From a virus (taxonomy: Duplodnaviria; Heunggongvirae; Uroviricota; Caudoviricetes): a DNA stretch of 64,000 nucleotides. This document shows, piece after piece, positions 29,361 through 39,400 of the stretch. The stretch is taken from the IMG/VR virus record IMGVR_UViG_3300020200_002792. The stretch is one strand, 5' to 3'. Under the pieces are notes generated by a model. That model saw nothing but the letters and a program-made list of their open reading frames with translations, was not told the origin of the DNA and did not search any database. Made by a program: the position numbers and the translations under genes. Every line of letters starts with the position of its first letter. Within the stretch, counting starts at the first letter, position 1.

Positions 29361-29441
29361 TAATTTATATATCAATTTACATAAAAAAACAGAAAGAAGA
29401 ACTTAATCTTCTTTCTGTTTTAAAAAGAAAGAACTGCTACA

Positions 29442-30188
29442 TTAATTCTTTTGCGACAGACCCATTTCAGCTTTCATCTTATCCAAAACTTCCTTAGCTT
29501 CTTCTCTCCTAAGGGACTCTTCAGCTTCAATTTCTTCCAAGCCAACTCTGGAAAGTTCTCTTGATACTTGAGACTTGCCACGGTTAACATCGATTTGCCT
29601 TTGAATTTCGGCTTCAACTTCTCCAAGGCCATCAAATTGGTTAACCTTCATATCAAATCTTTCTGCTAAACTAGCCGTTTCAGCATCAACTTTACTAAGG
29701 CGAAGTTCTGCCTGCAACCTTCTAGCTTTCTCATTAGCATCCGTAATTTTTTGCTTGGCATATTGAATTTTCTTTAAGTTATTTTGGAAAGTTTCATTTA
29801 CCAAGGAAAGTTGCTGACTCTTTTCTTGCAAATCACCTTCAGCTTTTTTAAGTTGAATAGCATATTCGGAAGCTCTATTCTCGTCGCCAGTAGTCAAGGA
29901 ACTTTTAACCTTAACTGTTAAAAGTTCCACATCCTTCTTACCATTAGTTATAGCTCTTTTCATGCTTTCAACCAATGCACTATATTCATCCAAGCCTTTT
30001 CTAGCATCACTTAATTCTTCAGCGGCCCTATCGACTTCGCTTTGGTAGACAGCCACAGGATCAGCCCGCCAAATAAACCTAGAAAGTTTACCAAATTGCG
30101 CACCTAAAGCCGCCAAAATGCGCATCACATTTCTTCGTTGTGTCAAAAACAATACTACTACTACACCCACAATAATCCATGTCGTCAT
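29442..30188 (-). CDS. PspA/IM30-like coiled-coil protein with an N-terminal TM segment
   Basis: TM helix, then MRILAALGAQFGKLSRFIWRADPVAVYQSEVDRAAEEL and long heptad coiled coil, as in PspA/Vipp1. Confidence 0.45.
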   Translation of the reverse strand: MTTWIIVGVVVVLFLTQRRNVMRILAALGAQFGKLSRFIWRADPVAVYQSEVDRAAEELSDARKGLDEYSALVESMKRAITNGKKDVELLTVKVKSSLTTGDENRASEYAIQLKKAEGDLQEKSQQLSLVNETFQNNLKKIQYAKQKITDANEKARRLQAELRLSKVDAETASLAERFDMKVNQFDGLGEVEAEIQRQIDVNRGKSQVSRELSRVGLEEIEAEESLRREEAKEVLDKMKAEMGLSQKN

Positions 30189-30200
30189 TTTGTTTTCTCC

Positions 30201-30755
30201 TTAGTAAATCTTTATCTTATCAACACAAATCTCATGCCCATGCCACAACTGAAACCAACCTATATCAGAACTCATTTCAACAAAAAGATGTTCCACAATA
30301 GGTTGATTGGCTTCATTTTCAATCTGCCTAACATAATGCCAATATGAAAGCTTACCAGATGCTCCATCAATTGTTGCAGCTACATCAAAGTTATGAGCAG
30401 AAGTCCTAAAATATTTATCAATGTGCGAACCTTGTGATATCTCAAGTTCTCCTGATTCGCATTCTAAAAGATCATAAAACTCCTGCGAATATCCAAACTG
30501 ATCATAAAGCTTAAGCAGCAATGCAATTTCTTTTCCATCTTTACATAACCAGGGATCACTTCTTATGTGGATTTCTTCATCCAAACAATAATCTGCAAAT
30601 TGACTGCCTTTACTTGAATATTGTAAAATATCCCTAACAGTTCCTTCTAACTCATGGTCAACAGCTTCCACACATATAACTGACCCAATATGAGCTTTCA
30701 AAGGATTAAAAGCATTACTCTGAAATATATTTGTAAAAAAGGACCATATCGACAT
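30201..30755 (-). CDS. hypothetical protein (start taken at internal Met MSIWSFF)
   Basis: No recognised motif. Confidence 0.3.
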   Translation of the reverse strand: MSIWSFFTNIFQSNAFNPLKAHIGSVICVEAVDHELEGTVRDILQYSSKGSQFADYCLDEEIHIRSDPWLCKDGKEIALLLKLYDQFGYSQEFYDLLECESGELEISQGSHIDKYFRTSAHNFDVAATIDGASGKLSYWHYVRQIENEANQPIVEHLFVEMSSDIGWFQLWHGHEICVDKIKIY

Positions 30756-31609
30756 TACTCTTTTTTCCTCAGTATCATGACAAGCATAACAAAAATAACA
30801 ACACAAAAAATAGCAATTAAAATAAATTTCAAATTTTCTGGTATTTCAAATTCATCAAATGTATTCGCAAACATGTCAGCGTACATTAGATCACCATCCA
30901 TACCTTCTGGCACAAATGACTCATCTCTTGTAATATTTTGATTTTCCATTTCCTCTATGATGCCATGAAGCTTGGAATTACTGTGCAAAAGATCGTTATA
31001 CCTCTGTTGGTCCATTGTCTCTCTGTGGTGATACAGCCATGCAGCTTGTTCTCTCAAATTCCTATCTAAGAGCCACAAGAAGAAAAGATCGGAATAATGA
31101 TCATTATATCGCTTTATTTCCCTATTTCTATAATCTCTGTAAAAAGAGTTTTGCCTAGTCACTCTATCTTTAATTTTATCTTTTTCAAAATGTTTTTGTA
31201 TTTTACTTTGATCTGCTCCTTTTTGCAAAAATGCTTTTTTACTAGCTTCTTTTTTTTGATGCATGTTAGCTTTTGGATCATAATTTACATTAGGCTTAAC
31301 GCCCACAATAGGTTTCGGGCTAGAATTGCTTTTAGCTGATCCATATTTATCTGGAGGAGGGTTATTCTTTGGTGGATTATTTTTAGGAGTGTTCTTTGGC
31401 CTATCATCTTTTACTAGTATTTGTTTAGAAGGATTAGTAGGGTCAAATATAGGAACAGGCTTAGAATTTGGTTTACCTGTGCCAAAATCTTCCTCTTTTT
31501 CTTGCTCTAAAATGTCTTTTTCTATTTTTTTAACTGGTAGGTCTGGTTCCTGAGAAGAAACAATCCCTAATGCCAGAAAGAAAAAAGTAAAAGTAAAAAA
31601 TAACCTCAT
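30755..31609 (-). CDS. secreted Pro-rich protein with a C-terminal membrane anchor
   Basis: Signal peptide MRLFFTFTFFFLALGIVSS; PKNNPPKNNPPPD low complexity; C-terminal TM FILIAIFCVVIFVMLVMIL. Confidence 0.4.
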   Translation of the reverse strand: MRLFFTFTFFFLALGIVSSQEPDLPVKKIEKDILEQEKEEDFGTGKPNSKPVPIFDPTNPSKQILVKDDRPKNTPKNNPPKNNPPPDKYGSAKSNSSPKPIVGVKPNVNYDPKANMHQKKEASKKAFLQKGADQSKIQKHFEKDKIKDRVTRQNSFYRDYRNREIKRYNDHYSDLFFLWLLDRNLREQAAWLYHHRETMDQQRYNDLLHSNSKLHGIIEEMENQNITRDESFVPEGMDGDLMYADMFANTFDEFEIPENLKFILIAIFCVVIFVMLVMILRKKE

Positions 31610-31633
31610 GATTTAATACTACCATGAAATAAA

Positions 31634-31945
31634 TCAAGTTTCAATAGCACATAAAGACATTTTTCCAGCTTCGATAAAAGCCAAAGTCTTCATATCCATT
31701 TCTTCTTTAGCTTTTTTATGACTTTCCATTATAACAATCAACCTTCTTTTCATCACTCCAATCCATTTTTTTGCAGCATATACCCCTGTATGATCAACAA
31801 AATTTTCAAAATCACCATTAAAACAGAAATAATAATTTACAAAACTTCTTTCGACTGCCGTGCTATAATACTTATATAAATATCTATGTTCTTTTGGCAA
31901 TTCATATTCAAAAAGTTCACCGCTAATTAACTTCAAGTCTTTCAT
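31634..31945 (-). CDS. hypothetical protein
   Basis: No recognised motif. Confidence 0.3.
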   Translation of the reverse strand: MKDLKLISGELFEYELPKEHRYLYKYYSTAVERSFVNYYFCFNGDFENFVDHTGVYAAKKWIGVMKRRLIVIMESHKKAKEEMDMKTLAFIEAGKMSLCAIET

Positions 31946-32376
31946 TTAATTTTAACTTTATACCCTTCACATATTTCTAAATACATCACAGTTATTCCTA
32001 CAGAAAAACATTTAGGAACGCCCGCAACGCAGCAATTTGACAACAATTCTAAAAGATATTTAACATCTTCTGGGATTTGTCCAACGTGTTCTAAACCCTC
32101 AAGTTGATCTTTAGAATAATCTTTGCCAATTGCATCATAAATGAAATCTGCGCTATTGCATACATTATAATTGGTAACTAAATCAATATATCTTGCTGAA
32201 TGTAAAATCTTTTTTGGGATTGGGCCACCACAAAAAAGTGATTTATCAGCAAAAAACTTATCAATATAGTATTTGGCAAGCATTTCCACATCCTTGTGAA
32301 AATAATCAAATTCAAATTCAGGTTCTTTGTCAGACTCATACAAGTTTTCTTCTAATTCTTGATTTTTCAAAATCAT
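31942..32376 (-). CDS. hypothetical protein
   Basis: No recognised motif. Confidence 0.3.
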   Translation of the reverse strand: MILKNQELEENLYESDKEPEFEFDYFHKDVEMLAKYYIDKFFADKSLFCGGPIPKKILHSARYIDLVTNYNVCNSADFIYDAIGKDYSKDQLEGLEHVGQIPEDVKYLLELLSNCCVAGVPKCFSVGITVMYLEICEGYKVKIK

Positions 32377-32394
32377 GCGAACCTCGATCAGTAG

Positions 32395-32694
32395 TCATAA
32401 TCCCTGTTCGATATGTTTAAGAATTGGATAACCATCACAATTATCACCCAATGGTATTCCAGCCTTCTTAGGATCATTCCCTTTTTTCTTATAATCCTTA
32501 ATTAAGTCTGTAACCGAATCATCAATTTCAGTTTTTTTGGAAGATTTTTTCAAACAATACCACTTTGTCGGGTCAATTTCATCTCTAGCTAAGTAACGAC
32601 AACGCTTGGAGTTACCGTTAAAAGCCAAGCATACATTCTGGATTTGTTTTAAACTAAGCATTATAGTTTCCTTTATGCTTAGCAACCGCAACAC
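32395..32694 (-). CDS. small Cys-containing protein (probable start at internal Met)
   Basis: CLAFNGNSKRCRY...WYC. Overlaps the downstream HNH gene end. Confidence 0.25.
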   Translation of the reverse strand: MLRLLSIKETIMLSLKQIQNVCLAFNGNSKRCRYLARDEIDPTKWYCLKKSSKKTEIDDSVTDLIKDYKKKGNDPKKAGIPLGDNCDGYPILKHIEQGL

Positions 32695-33244
32695 AAAAAT
32701 TGATAAAATCTTCTTGCTTAAAATCTTGTTTCATAAAATTTATCCATTTATGCACCCACTGAACATTGTCTTTGGTATAGCCTTTCAAAGAATCTATTCT
32801 ATCCAAAGAAGCCGTAGTTTCACCATACATATCCCCCTTTATTGTGTTTGCAAAAACTATAGGGAATCCAGACAAAGCACACAAGCCTTTTTGTTTCTCA
32901 AACAAATTATATAAAAATTTCTTAATTTCATCATTTGTATTTCCCAAACAAACATCAAACTTTTTACATTGTTTGATTCTAGAAAACATCCTTGATGGTA
33001 CTCTGTTTTTATTTTTTTGTTCTGAACATTTTCTACAAGATAAGCTTTTGCCTAATCTTAAATGCGAGCCATTTACAGGTTTCTCTAAACCACATTCACA
33101 TCTACAAAGCCAATATGCATTATAATCATTGCACTTGTATTCATTGTCACGCTTTAAAACTGTCCATTTACCAAAACATTTGCCTGCTAAATTTTCTGTC
33201 TTTTTACCACGCAAATTATCTCCAAACTGTGTATTCAACACCAA
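32654..33244 (-). CDS. HNH_3-type homing endonuclease, paralog of 47443..48036
   Basis: Cys pairs, then GLCALSG...ASLDRIDSLKGYTKDNVQWV...N..K. Same architecture and length as ORF 47443..48036. Confidence 0.55.
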   Translation of the reverse strand: MVLNTQFGDNLRGKKTENLAGKCFGKWTVLKRDNEYKCNDYNAYWLCRCECGLEKPVNGSHLRLGKSLSCRKCSEQKNKNRVPSRMFSRIKQCKKFDVCLGNTNDEIKKFLYNLFEKQKGLCALSGFPIVFANTIKGDMYGETTASLDRIDSLKGYTKDNVQWVHKWINFMKQDFKQEDFINFCVAVAKHKGNYNA

Positions 33245-33701
33245 TGTCTGAAATCAAAATCCCAAAACAATGCTCTATTTCATGCTGATGCACAATGGCA
33301 TCCGTATTAATAAATTCCAAGTTTATATCAGTAATAACTAATTTGTCAAGAGCAAGTAATTCTTTTCCAATAACTTTTATTTTATCAAACCTCTTCACAA
33401 AATAATATCGTAAATCACCGTTTTCTTTTTTTAATGACAAACATCCTTCTAAAGAATCACTTTTATTTCCAATGCCTTCGTAACTACAATTCAAGAAATA
33501 TCGATGCCCGCTGCCAGATTTAATTAAATACAATTTCCAAGGAATACCAACTTGCGAAGCAGAAATGCCTATGCCATTTTCTTTTGTACATAAATCTGAA
33601 AGCAATAAACAAATACGATAAATCTCCTTCAAATCACCTTCTGGACAATTTGCTATTTCCTTTGGTATGTCTGCAACAGGGACTAATTTCAATTTTTGCA
33701 T
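33216..33701 (-). CDS. def: peptide deformylase
   Basis: PDF motifs GIGISASQVG (GxGxAAxQ), EGCLS and QHEIEHCFG (HExxH). Confidence 0.8.
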   Translation of the reverse strand: MQKLKLVPVADIPKEIANCPEGDLKEIYRICLLLSDLCTKENGIGISASQVGIPWKLYLIKSGSGHRYFLNCSYEGIGNKSDSLEGCLSLKKENGDLRYYFVKRFDKIKVIGKELLALDKLVITDINLEFINTDAIVHQHEIEHCFGILISDIGVEYTVWR

Positions 33702-33702
33702 A

Positions 33703-33960
33703 TTAACTACAAAAATGGTTTACAAGTGCGTCACTCTTTTTTTCAAGCCAACTCTTTAACCCTTCTTTATCACCTTTCAAATTAATAGGAATCTTCACTA
33801 TCACAGGTATAATATCGTCATCTAAAATCAAAAATCTATCTAACACATCACGAATAAGTTGAGATACATTATTTAAACCTTTTTGTTTAGATAAAGATTT
33901 CAATTTATCGTGCATCTCTGGTTCTAAAGATAAACTAACAACTTTAACGTTCCTGCTCAT
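33703..33960 (-). CDS. ribbon-helix-helix (CopG-like) DNA-binding protein, putative
   Basis: 85 aa; N-terminal beta-strand then two helices (VKVVSLSLEPEMHDKLKSLSKQKGLNNVSQLIRDVL). Confidence 0.35.
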   Translation of the reverse strand: MSRNVKVVSLSLEPEMHDKLKSLSKQKGLNNVSQLIRDVLDRFLILDDDIIPVIVKIPINLKGDKEGLKSWLEKKSDALVNHFCS

Positions 33961-34204
33961 AATTATTCCTTTGGAAAAAATGCTCTTTTAATTTTTCACG
34001 AAGTTTGAAGGCTTCCGATTCTTTCCTTTTTCTACGCCTCTTCCTAGACCTGCTTTCATATGCTTCATGATCCCTATATGCTTGTAAAACACCTGCTTTA
34101 CTACACTGCTTTTTAAATTCATTATGCATTTTCTTGAAAGCTACATCACGGTCATCATATGAATTCGATTTAGCTTCAATTCTTACCCTCACCATATTTG
34201 CCAT
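33944..34204 (-). CDS. rpsU: ribosomal protein bS21
   Basis: VRVRIEAK...DVAFKKMHNEFKKQCSKAGVLQAYRDHEAYE...RKRRRKRK, typical of bS21. Confidence 0.7.
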   Translation of the reverse strand: MANMVRVRIEAKSNSYDDRDVAFKKMHNEFKKQCSKAGVLQAYRDHEAYESRSRKRRRKRKESEAFKLREKLKEHFFQRNNYEQER

Positions 34205-34207
34205 TAT

Positions 34208-35350
34208 TTACTCCTTTGATCTACTAAAAAATCTCACTCCAAGCCTTTTAATCTTCTTTTTTCTAACTATAGCATAATCAATTATCTCTGTAGAACTTCC
34301 AGTTGAGGGCCATTCTTCTCTATCCAACAAAGGCAAAAAAGAATTCAACCTAGTCATAATATTATCCACTAAATTATAACCCCAAACCAAGTCATTCCCG
34401 CCACCTATAATAGTAGGAAAACTAAAAATATACTGTTTAGGTAATGTAGGGGCACAAAGGTCATCAATTTCATATTCTCTTAATTTTGTATATCTAGACC
34501 TTTCATCAACTGCAATAAAAGGACATCTGGCGGCTAAAGCAAACCTAGAAATACCAGTAAATACATCCAAAACACAGCCAGTTACTCGCATTGTAGAAAA
34601 AACCTTGCCCATGTCAGACTCATTTGTATATAAGCAATTATTTAAAAACACGGAAGAAAGATCATGAGTCAATGGCCCCTTATAAATAACTGGCATAAAC
34701 TTATCATCAAGCAATCTTTTTACTAAATATACCCAAAAATCTTTAGAAGCAGCTATTTGCGTTATAGAATTTAACTTCCAAGATTGCAAATATACAGAAG
34801 GATATAAAAATACTTTATAACCACCCCTTTTATTTAATTCATTATTAAATTCTTTGCCTAAAATAGCAGAAGATGGAATTTCTGGCAATGCCCTTTTTAT
34901 AACTTTATACTTATTCCAAAATTCATCAGTTATCCCATTATTATAAAACTTACTAAATTCTTCACCAGGAATAACATCTTCAAAAAAATATTGATTAATA
35001 TTCCTAAAATAAGTAGACAAATGCCCATTATTGTTATCAAATTTAGAGGCATTATAATATAATCTCTGCAATGAATCTTCATTACCTATTTCCCAATATT
35101 CGTCCACATACGGAAACAACACCTTAAAGCCAGGCCAAGAACAAAAAATTAAATATTTACTAGCTTTATCTTCTTCTCGAAATCGATTTAAAATTAAACT
35201 ACTCATTACGAAAAGGGATCGAAAATCGCCAAAAAATGGAACTACACAAATATTGACTGGATCAACAGGTATATTGCGTTCATTGTAGCAAATCCTGTTG
35301 AATCCACATTTTTCAGCTGCTTTTTTCAAAAAACCTTTTACATCACTCAT
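34208..35350 (-). CDS. GT9-like glycosyltransferase (heptosyltransferase fold), paralog A
   Basis: N-terminal ICVVPFFGDFRSLFVMSSLILNRF...LIFCSWPGFKVLFPYVDEYWE and C-terminal VFTGISRFALAARCPFIAV resemble GT9 (GDxIxxxP...VDEV; DSGPMHLAAALGTP). Paralogous to 35671..36816. Confidence 0.4.
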   Translation of the reverse strand: MSDVKGFLKKAAEKCGFNRICYNERNIPVDPVNICVVPFFGDFRSLFVMSSLILNRFREEDKASKYLIFCSWPGFKVLFPYVDEYWEIGNEDSLQRLYYNASKFDNNNGHLSTYFRNINQYFFEDVIPGEEFSKFYNNGITDEFWNKYKVIKRALPEIPSSAILGKEFNNELNKRGGYKVFLYPSVYLQSWKLNSITQIAASKDFWVYLVKRLLDDKFMPVIYKGPLTHDLSSVFLNNCLYTNESDMGKVFSTMRVTGCVLDVFTGISRFALAARCPFIAVDERSRYTKLREYEIDDLCAPTLPKQYIFSFPTIIGGGNDLVWGYNLVDNIMTRLNSFLPLLDREEWPSTGSSTEIIDYAIVRKKKIKRLGVRFFSRSKE

Positions 35351-35418
35351 ATTTCAGATATAATAGTGAACTATCCCTCCTTTAAGATAGCAGCTTTCTG
35401 GCGTAAAAAGGAAATAAT

Positions 35419-35688
35419 ATGCATGCATGTTGTTTAGCAGTAATTGGTGCCATTTGTCCAAGATTTCTTTTATTTTTTATTTGGCTTTTGACAGATTGGA
35501 TTGGACAAGCTTATCAAACATCCATCTGGCCCTTTCTTGGCTTTCTTTTCATGCCCTATACAACCCTGGTCTATATGGCCTCTTTCTTTAACCAAGGACA
35601 ATTAATAGGCTGGTGGATTCCACTCTTTATCTTAGCGGTACTTTGTGATTGCGGGACAATAACCATAACTCTAAAATCCGAACGGTAA
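35419..35688 (+). CDS. small polytopic membrane protein
   Basis: Hydrophobic throughout. Lies between the two GT9-like paralogs on the opposite strand. Confidence 0.3.
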   Translation: MHACCLAVIGAICPRFLLFFIWLLTDWIGQAYQTSIWPFLGFLFMPYTTLVYMASFFNQGQLIGWWIPLFILAVLCDCGTITITLKSER

Positions 35689-36816
35689 TCTGTGTTTGTT
35701 GCTCTCAACCATAGAAGAAACCGCAACAGGAGAATCAACCATACCTATTTTCATCTTCCAATTATCTGCTTGCATTTCTTTAATACACTTCTGCACTAAA
35801 AACATAGCTGATTCATGATTATTATAAACGCTCAAATAATGACTTAAAACAACCTTAGCTTTTCCAGTTGTACACAAAGACAACCTGTAAGCCTCTTGCC
35901 CTTGACCAAATAACTGATCTGGACTTTCAAAAATTATATAAGGCGTTTCTACCAAAGCAGCTAATCTAGTGCTTGCTGTCCAAAACTGTACTGTAAAATT
36001 CAATTGTTTAATAATAGCTAAAGTTAATTCTAAATCTCTAGCCTCTGGCATCCTGCTTAAATCTATTATATCATTCGCAGGGCAAGCTAACGTCGATTGC
36101 TTCTCTCCAAACCAAATAGGAGTATAACCCATATTTCTTAACAACTTAATTAATTTAACATAAAATTCAGGCTGTAAATTACGCCCATAAGTTGATCTAT
36201 TCCTTGCTACTATTCCAACAGGATTAACCCCCAAAAATTTCTTGGCTTGCTCCATTTTTTGCTGAGAAGGAAGGGGAACAGGTGTCATAGTCTTTTTATA
36301 ACCATGCACATCAGCAAATAAACCCCTTTTTATTTCTTCTGAATTACATTTGGGACAAAATTGTACATGATCAGATTGCCCCCAAAAGTGTTTGCATTTT
36401 AAACAATTATTTCCAACAGTCACTCTGCCCATATAATCAGAAGAAAAAACGTTGCCATACTTAATCGCCACTTTTTCTAACTTTTGAAGATTTCTGCTAT
36501 TATTATGAAAAGCTAAACAATAATCTCTTAACCATTGTACTTCTTCCTTAGTTTCCCAATATTCATCAACCAAATGCTTATACAAATACATTCTTCCATA
36601 CCAGCCCATTACTATAAAATAAGCATTAGGGTTTTCCTTGATGATTCTAGGAATGCAATATAAAACGCTCATTATTTCACAACCAAATTCAGAAAAACAA
36701 CAAATTACAATTATATCCTTTGTGTTTTCTGGTTTTGGCCTATCCGTGAACTTATAAATATTAAAATCAATATTTACAATAGGTTCTTTATTTTTTCTAA
36801 ATATAGTCATTGACAC
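35671..36816 (-). CDS. GT9-like glycosyltransferase, paralog B
   Basis: DIIVICCFSEFGCEIMSVLYCIPRIIKENPNAYFIVMG...LVDEYWE; GVNPVGIVARNRSTYGRNLQPEFYVKLIKLLRNMGYTPIWFG; ETPYIIFESPD. GTG start. Confidence 0.5.
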   Translation of the reverse strand: MSMTIFRKNKEPIVNIDFNIYKFTDRPKPENTKDIIVICCFSEFGCEIMSVLYCIPRIIKENPNAYFIVMGWYGRMYLYKHLVDEYWETKEEVQWLRDYCLAFHNNSRNLQKLEKVAIKYGNVFSSDYMGRVTVGNNCLKCKHFWGQSDHVQFCPKCNSEEIKRGLFADVHGYKKTMTPVPLPSQQKMEQAKKFLGVNPVGIVARNRSTYGRNLQPEFYVKLIKLLRNMGYTPIWFGEKQSTLACPANDIIDLSRMPEARDLELTLAIIKQLNFTVQFWTASTRLAALVETPYIIFESPDQLFGQGQEAYRLSLCTTGKAKVVLSHYLSVYNNHESAMFLVQKCIKEMQADNWKMKIGMVDSPVAVSSMVESNKHRLPFGF

Positions 36817-36980
36817 TTTAACCTAAACATTTTAATTATAGTCCCACAATCAGGACATTTAAATTTTCTTATACCATGACAATTAGCACATGGTTTAAAT
36901 TCAACAAGACCCTTAAGTTCATCCTTTGTACCTAAAGTCTTCTTATACCACTGACATTTCTTACATTTTAAAATAAACAT
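36807..36980 (-). CDS. small zinc-ribbon protein (57 aa, two CxxC pairs)
   Basis: Own translation MFILKCKKCQWYKKTLGTKDELKGLVEFKPCANCHGIRKFKCPDCGTIIKMFRLKCQ. Below the size cut-off of the ORF track. Confidence 0.3.
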   Translation of the reverse strand: MFILKCKKCQWYKKTLGTKDELKGLVEFKPCANCHGIRKFKCPDCGTIIKMFRLKCQ

Positions 36981-37018
36981 ATTGACTCACCTTTTAATTA
37001 AGTTATAATAGTTATAAA

Positions 37019-38200
37019 GTGAGGTTTAATATGACTCCAGGACAAACAAAAGCATGTATCATTAGTGGTATTGTAATATTTTTACTTTTATTCGTATGGT
37101 TCTTCTTCGTTCCACCTTATAATACACCAAAATTTCAAGCAATTGACAATAACCAAACAGGATTCTTAGTCCCATTGGATCAAGGAACATCAGATCAAGC
37201 CCATTTTGAATCAGCAGCCTTCTTAAAAGATAGAAAAGTTGCTACAAAAAGAGTGCAAATACATAGAAGATGGGTACAACAAGGATGGCTTTATACCACA
37301 GGTGAATATCTTGACACAGAAAGATTAATCGTAGTTGATAGAAGCCCTGTTATTAGAGAATGGGCAGAATCAGATGAAGGAAAAACTGATGATTCACTTA
37401 GGGCACAAACTAAAGATGGAACAGGACTTAAATTAAATTTTACTTGCACAGCTTATATTCCTGAGTCTGACCAAAATAATGCAGAAGGTGCAGAACACTT
37501 CCTTTATTATTACAAAGGAGACAATTTAGCACATGTTATGGACAAAGAAGTAAAAGCCAAAGTGCAAGCTGTGGCTTCTGAATTTACTGCACAATACCCT
37601 CTAGAAACTCTTCGTGGAACACAGCACAAACTTGTAGAAGCAGTTAGAGAAGATGTAATACCATTTTTCAAGAAAAGAGGTATTTCAATAACTAATATCG
37701 GTATGGTAGGAGGATTTCATTACGTAAACAGACAAATCCAGAAATCTATTGACGATGCTATCAGTGCCCAACAATTAAAAATAGCAGCACAAGCTATGCA
37801 AGAAAAAGAAAAGGTAGAACAACAAACAAAACTTTATAATCAAGAAATTTATAATAAAACAATGGTATTAGAAGCAGAAGGTAAAGCAAAAGCCGCTGTA
37901 GCACAAGCAGAGGGTGAAGCCAAAGCTAAATTAGCAGCAGCACAAATTGATGCAGAAGCAGCCAAACTAAGAGCAAGCGGTGAAGCAGCAGCAATAAAAA
38001 TCCAAGCTGATGCGGAAACATATAAATATAAGCTATATGACCAGTTCAAAGATATGATTATATCTCTAAAAAATATAGAATTGGAAAAAGCTTGGAAAAC
38101 ACAATGGAATGGTTCTGTACCAAGTATGATTCTGCAAGGTACATCGCAATCAGGACTTATGCCTATATTTCCATTAAATTTAGATAAAAGTCATAAATAA
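37019..38200 (+). CDS. SPFH/band-7 (flotillin/HflK-like) membrane protein
   Basis: N-terminal TM; SPFH core; Ala/Glu-rich coiled coil EAEGKAKAAVAQAEGEAKAKLAAAQIDAEAAKLRASGEAAAI. Confidence 0.6.
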   Translation: MRFNMTPGQTKACIISGIVIFLLLFVWFFFVPPYNTPKFQAIDNNQTGFLVPLDQGTSDQAHFESAAFLKDRKVATKRVQIHRRWVQQGWLYTTGEYLDTERLIVVDRSPVIREWAESDEGKTDDSLRAQTKDGTGLKLNFTCTAYIPESDQNNAEGAEHFLYYYKGDNLAHVMDKEVKAKVQAVASEFTAQYPLETLRGTQHKLVEAVREDVIPFFKKRGISITNIGMVGGFHYVNRQIQKSIDDAISAQQLKIAAQAMQEKEKVEQQTKLYNQEIYNKTMVLEAEGKAKAAVAQAEGEAKAKLAAAQIDAEAAKLRASGEAAAIKIQADAETYKYKLYDQFKDMIISLKNIELEKAWKTQWNGSVPSMILQGTSQSGLMPIFPLNLDKSHK

Positions 38201-38203
38201 TGA

Positions 38204-38428
38204 ATGATTACTTTTAATCAGTTTTTGGAAATAGAAAAAGCGCCCATCATTGACTTAGGAGGGAGAATTGCTGTAATAGATGATACACAAGACCCTCCTA
38301 AATGGAAAACTATAGCCAAAATATTTCCTGCATCTAGAGCAAAAGCCATAGAAGTTGCAATTAAAAACAATTTAAAATCTTTTTGGTTAATTGATGATAC
38401 AGGAAACAAACAATACATTAATCTCTAA
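38204..38428 (+). CDS. small protein with T4-CTS-like N-terminus
   Basis: Starts MITFNQFLEIEKA. cataaataatg just upstream. Confidence 0.4.
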   Translation: MITFNQFLEIEKAPIIDLGGRIAVIDDTQDPPKWKTIAKIFPASRAKAIEVAIKNNLKSFWLIDDTGNKQYINL

Positions 38429-39084
38429 GACAAGTATTCTTTTCTAAACTCTGGATTCAATTCGCTACTAAGTTCATCAATCTTAGTCATCAAAGAATCA
38501 ATTTGAGAAATAATCTTTTGAACTCCTGAATCCTGAGTCATTGGATCAGCAGCCAGTTTAGCCGTAAGATTATTTAATTCTTCCTTCATTTTATGCAATG
38601 TCATTAATTCACTACCACCAGTCCAATCAGGGGTAACTCTAGTAACCTTTGTAACTTCATCACTTGTATCTGGGCCTCTAGTTGTAAAAGAAACAGGATT
38701 AGCCAACTTCCCCATATCATCAGTAATTGTAGCCACACTCTTGCCGTCAAATTTACTGGTAGGTGCTAAATCCTTAGGTTTAACAGGAGCGTCTTCATTA
38801 AGGTTTGCCATTTCGTCACCAGTTAAAGAAGAATCATGAGTTTCTTCATCTGCAAAAATATCAGGAGTATCTGCTGCGTTTCGTGATAGTTTATAAACTT
38901 TTGTCCAATAATCATGGTCTGCATCTTTTAAAGTAGACTCACTGCTAGGCTTATTTAAACCAAAAAAGTCACTTCCATAAGAAGTCTGTGTTGGTGGTTG
39001 CGGTTTAGATTTGAAAGCCTCAGATTTTTGTGCTTTGTCCCACTGATCTACCCATTTATCGAAATTATCACGTATGTCTTCCAT
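38425..39084 (-). CDS. hypothetical acidic protein
   Basis: No recognised motif. D/E/T-rich. Confidence 0.3.
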   Translation of the reverse strand: MEDIRDNFDKWVDQWDKAQKSEAFKSKPQPPTQTSYGSDFFGLNKPSSESTLKDADHDYWTKVYKLSRNAADTPDIFADEETHDSSLTGDEMANLNEDAPVKPKDLAPTSKFDGKSVATITDDMGKLANPVSFTTRGPDTSDEVTKVTRVTPDWTGGSELMTLHKMKEELNNLTAKLAADPMTQDSGVQKIISQIDSLMTKIDELSSELNPEFRKEYLS

Positions 39085-39105
39085 AGAATTATATAGTTAA
39101 ATGAA

Positions 39106-39375
39106 CTAAACTTTTGGCTTACTAGACAACGGATTAAGTCTGGAATAAGCTATCTTTCTCCAACCAAATCTTTTCTTTGGTTCATTACTGCCTGTTAAAG
39201 CGTAGTATACATATGGTAAAGTTCCTGATGCTGCTGTCATCATAGTTTGGTCAAAGCCAGAATCTGGTCCAAGAGCCAAATCCGCAGCACCATGAATAAT
39301 TCCTTTAGCGCCGCCAACTACTTTATCCCAGACACCTTCACCCTTAAGAGTTAGATATTCATTAAAAGTAATCAT
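39106..39375 (-). CDS. small Gly-rich protein with T4-CTS-like N-terminus
   Basis: Starts MITFNEYLTLKGE. aatatataaa abuts the ATG. Confidence 0.4.
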   Translation of the reverse strand: MITFNEYLTLKGEGVWDKVVGGAKGIIHGAADLALGPDSGFDQTMMTAASGTLPYVYYALTGSNEPKKRFGWRKIAYSRLNPLSSKPKV

Positions 39376-39400
39376 TTATTTATATATTATAATTTTAGTG

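Noticed and set aside
29146-29406. Plus-strand ORF 29146..29406
   Set aside because: Antisense to the small basic CTS-bearing ORF 29154..29360, which has the conserved start motif and promoter-like element. The plus-strand ORF is hydrophobic low-complexity.
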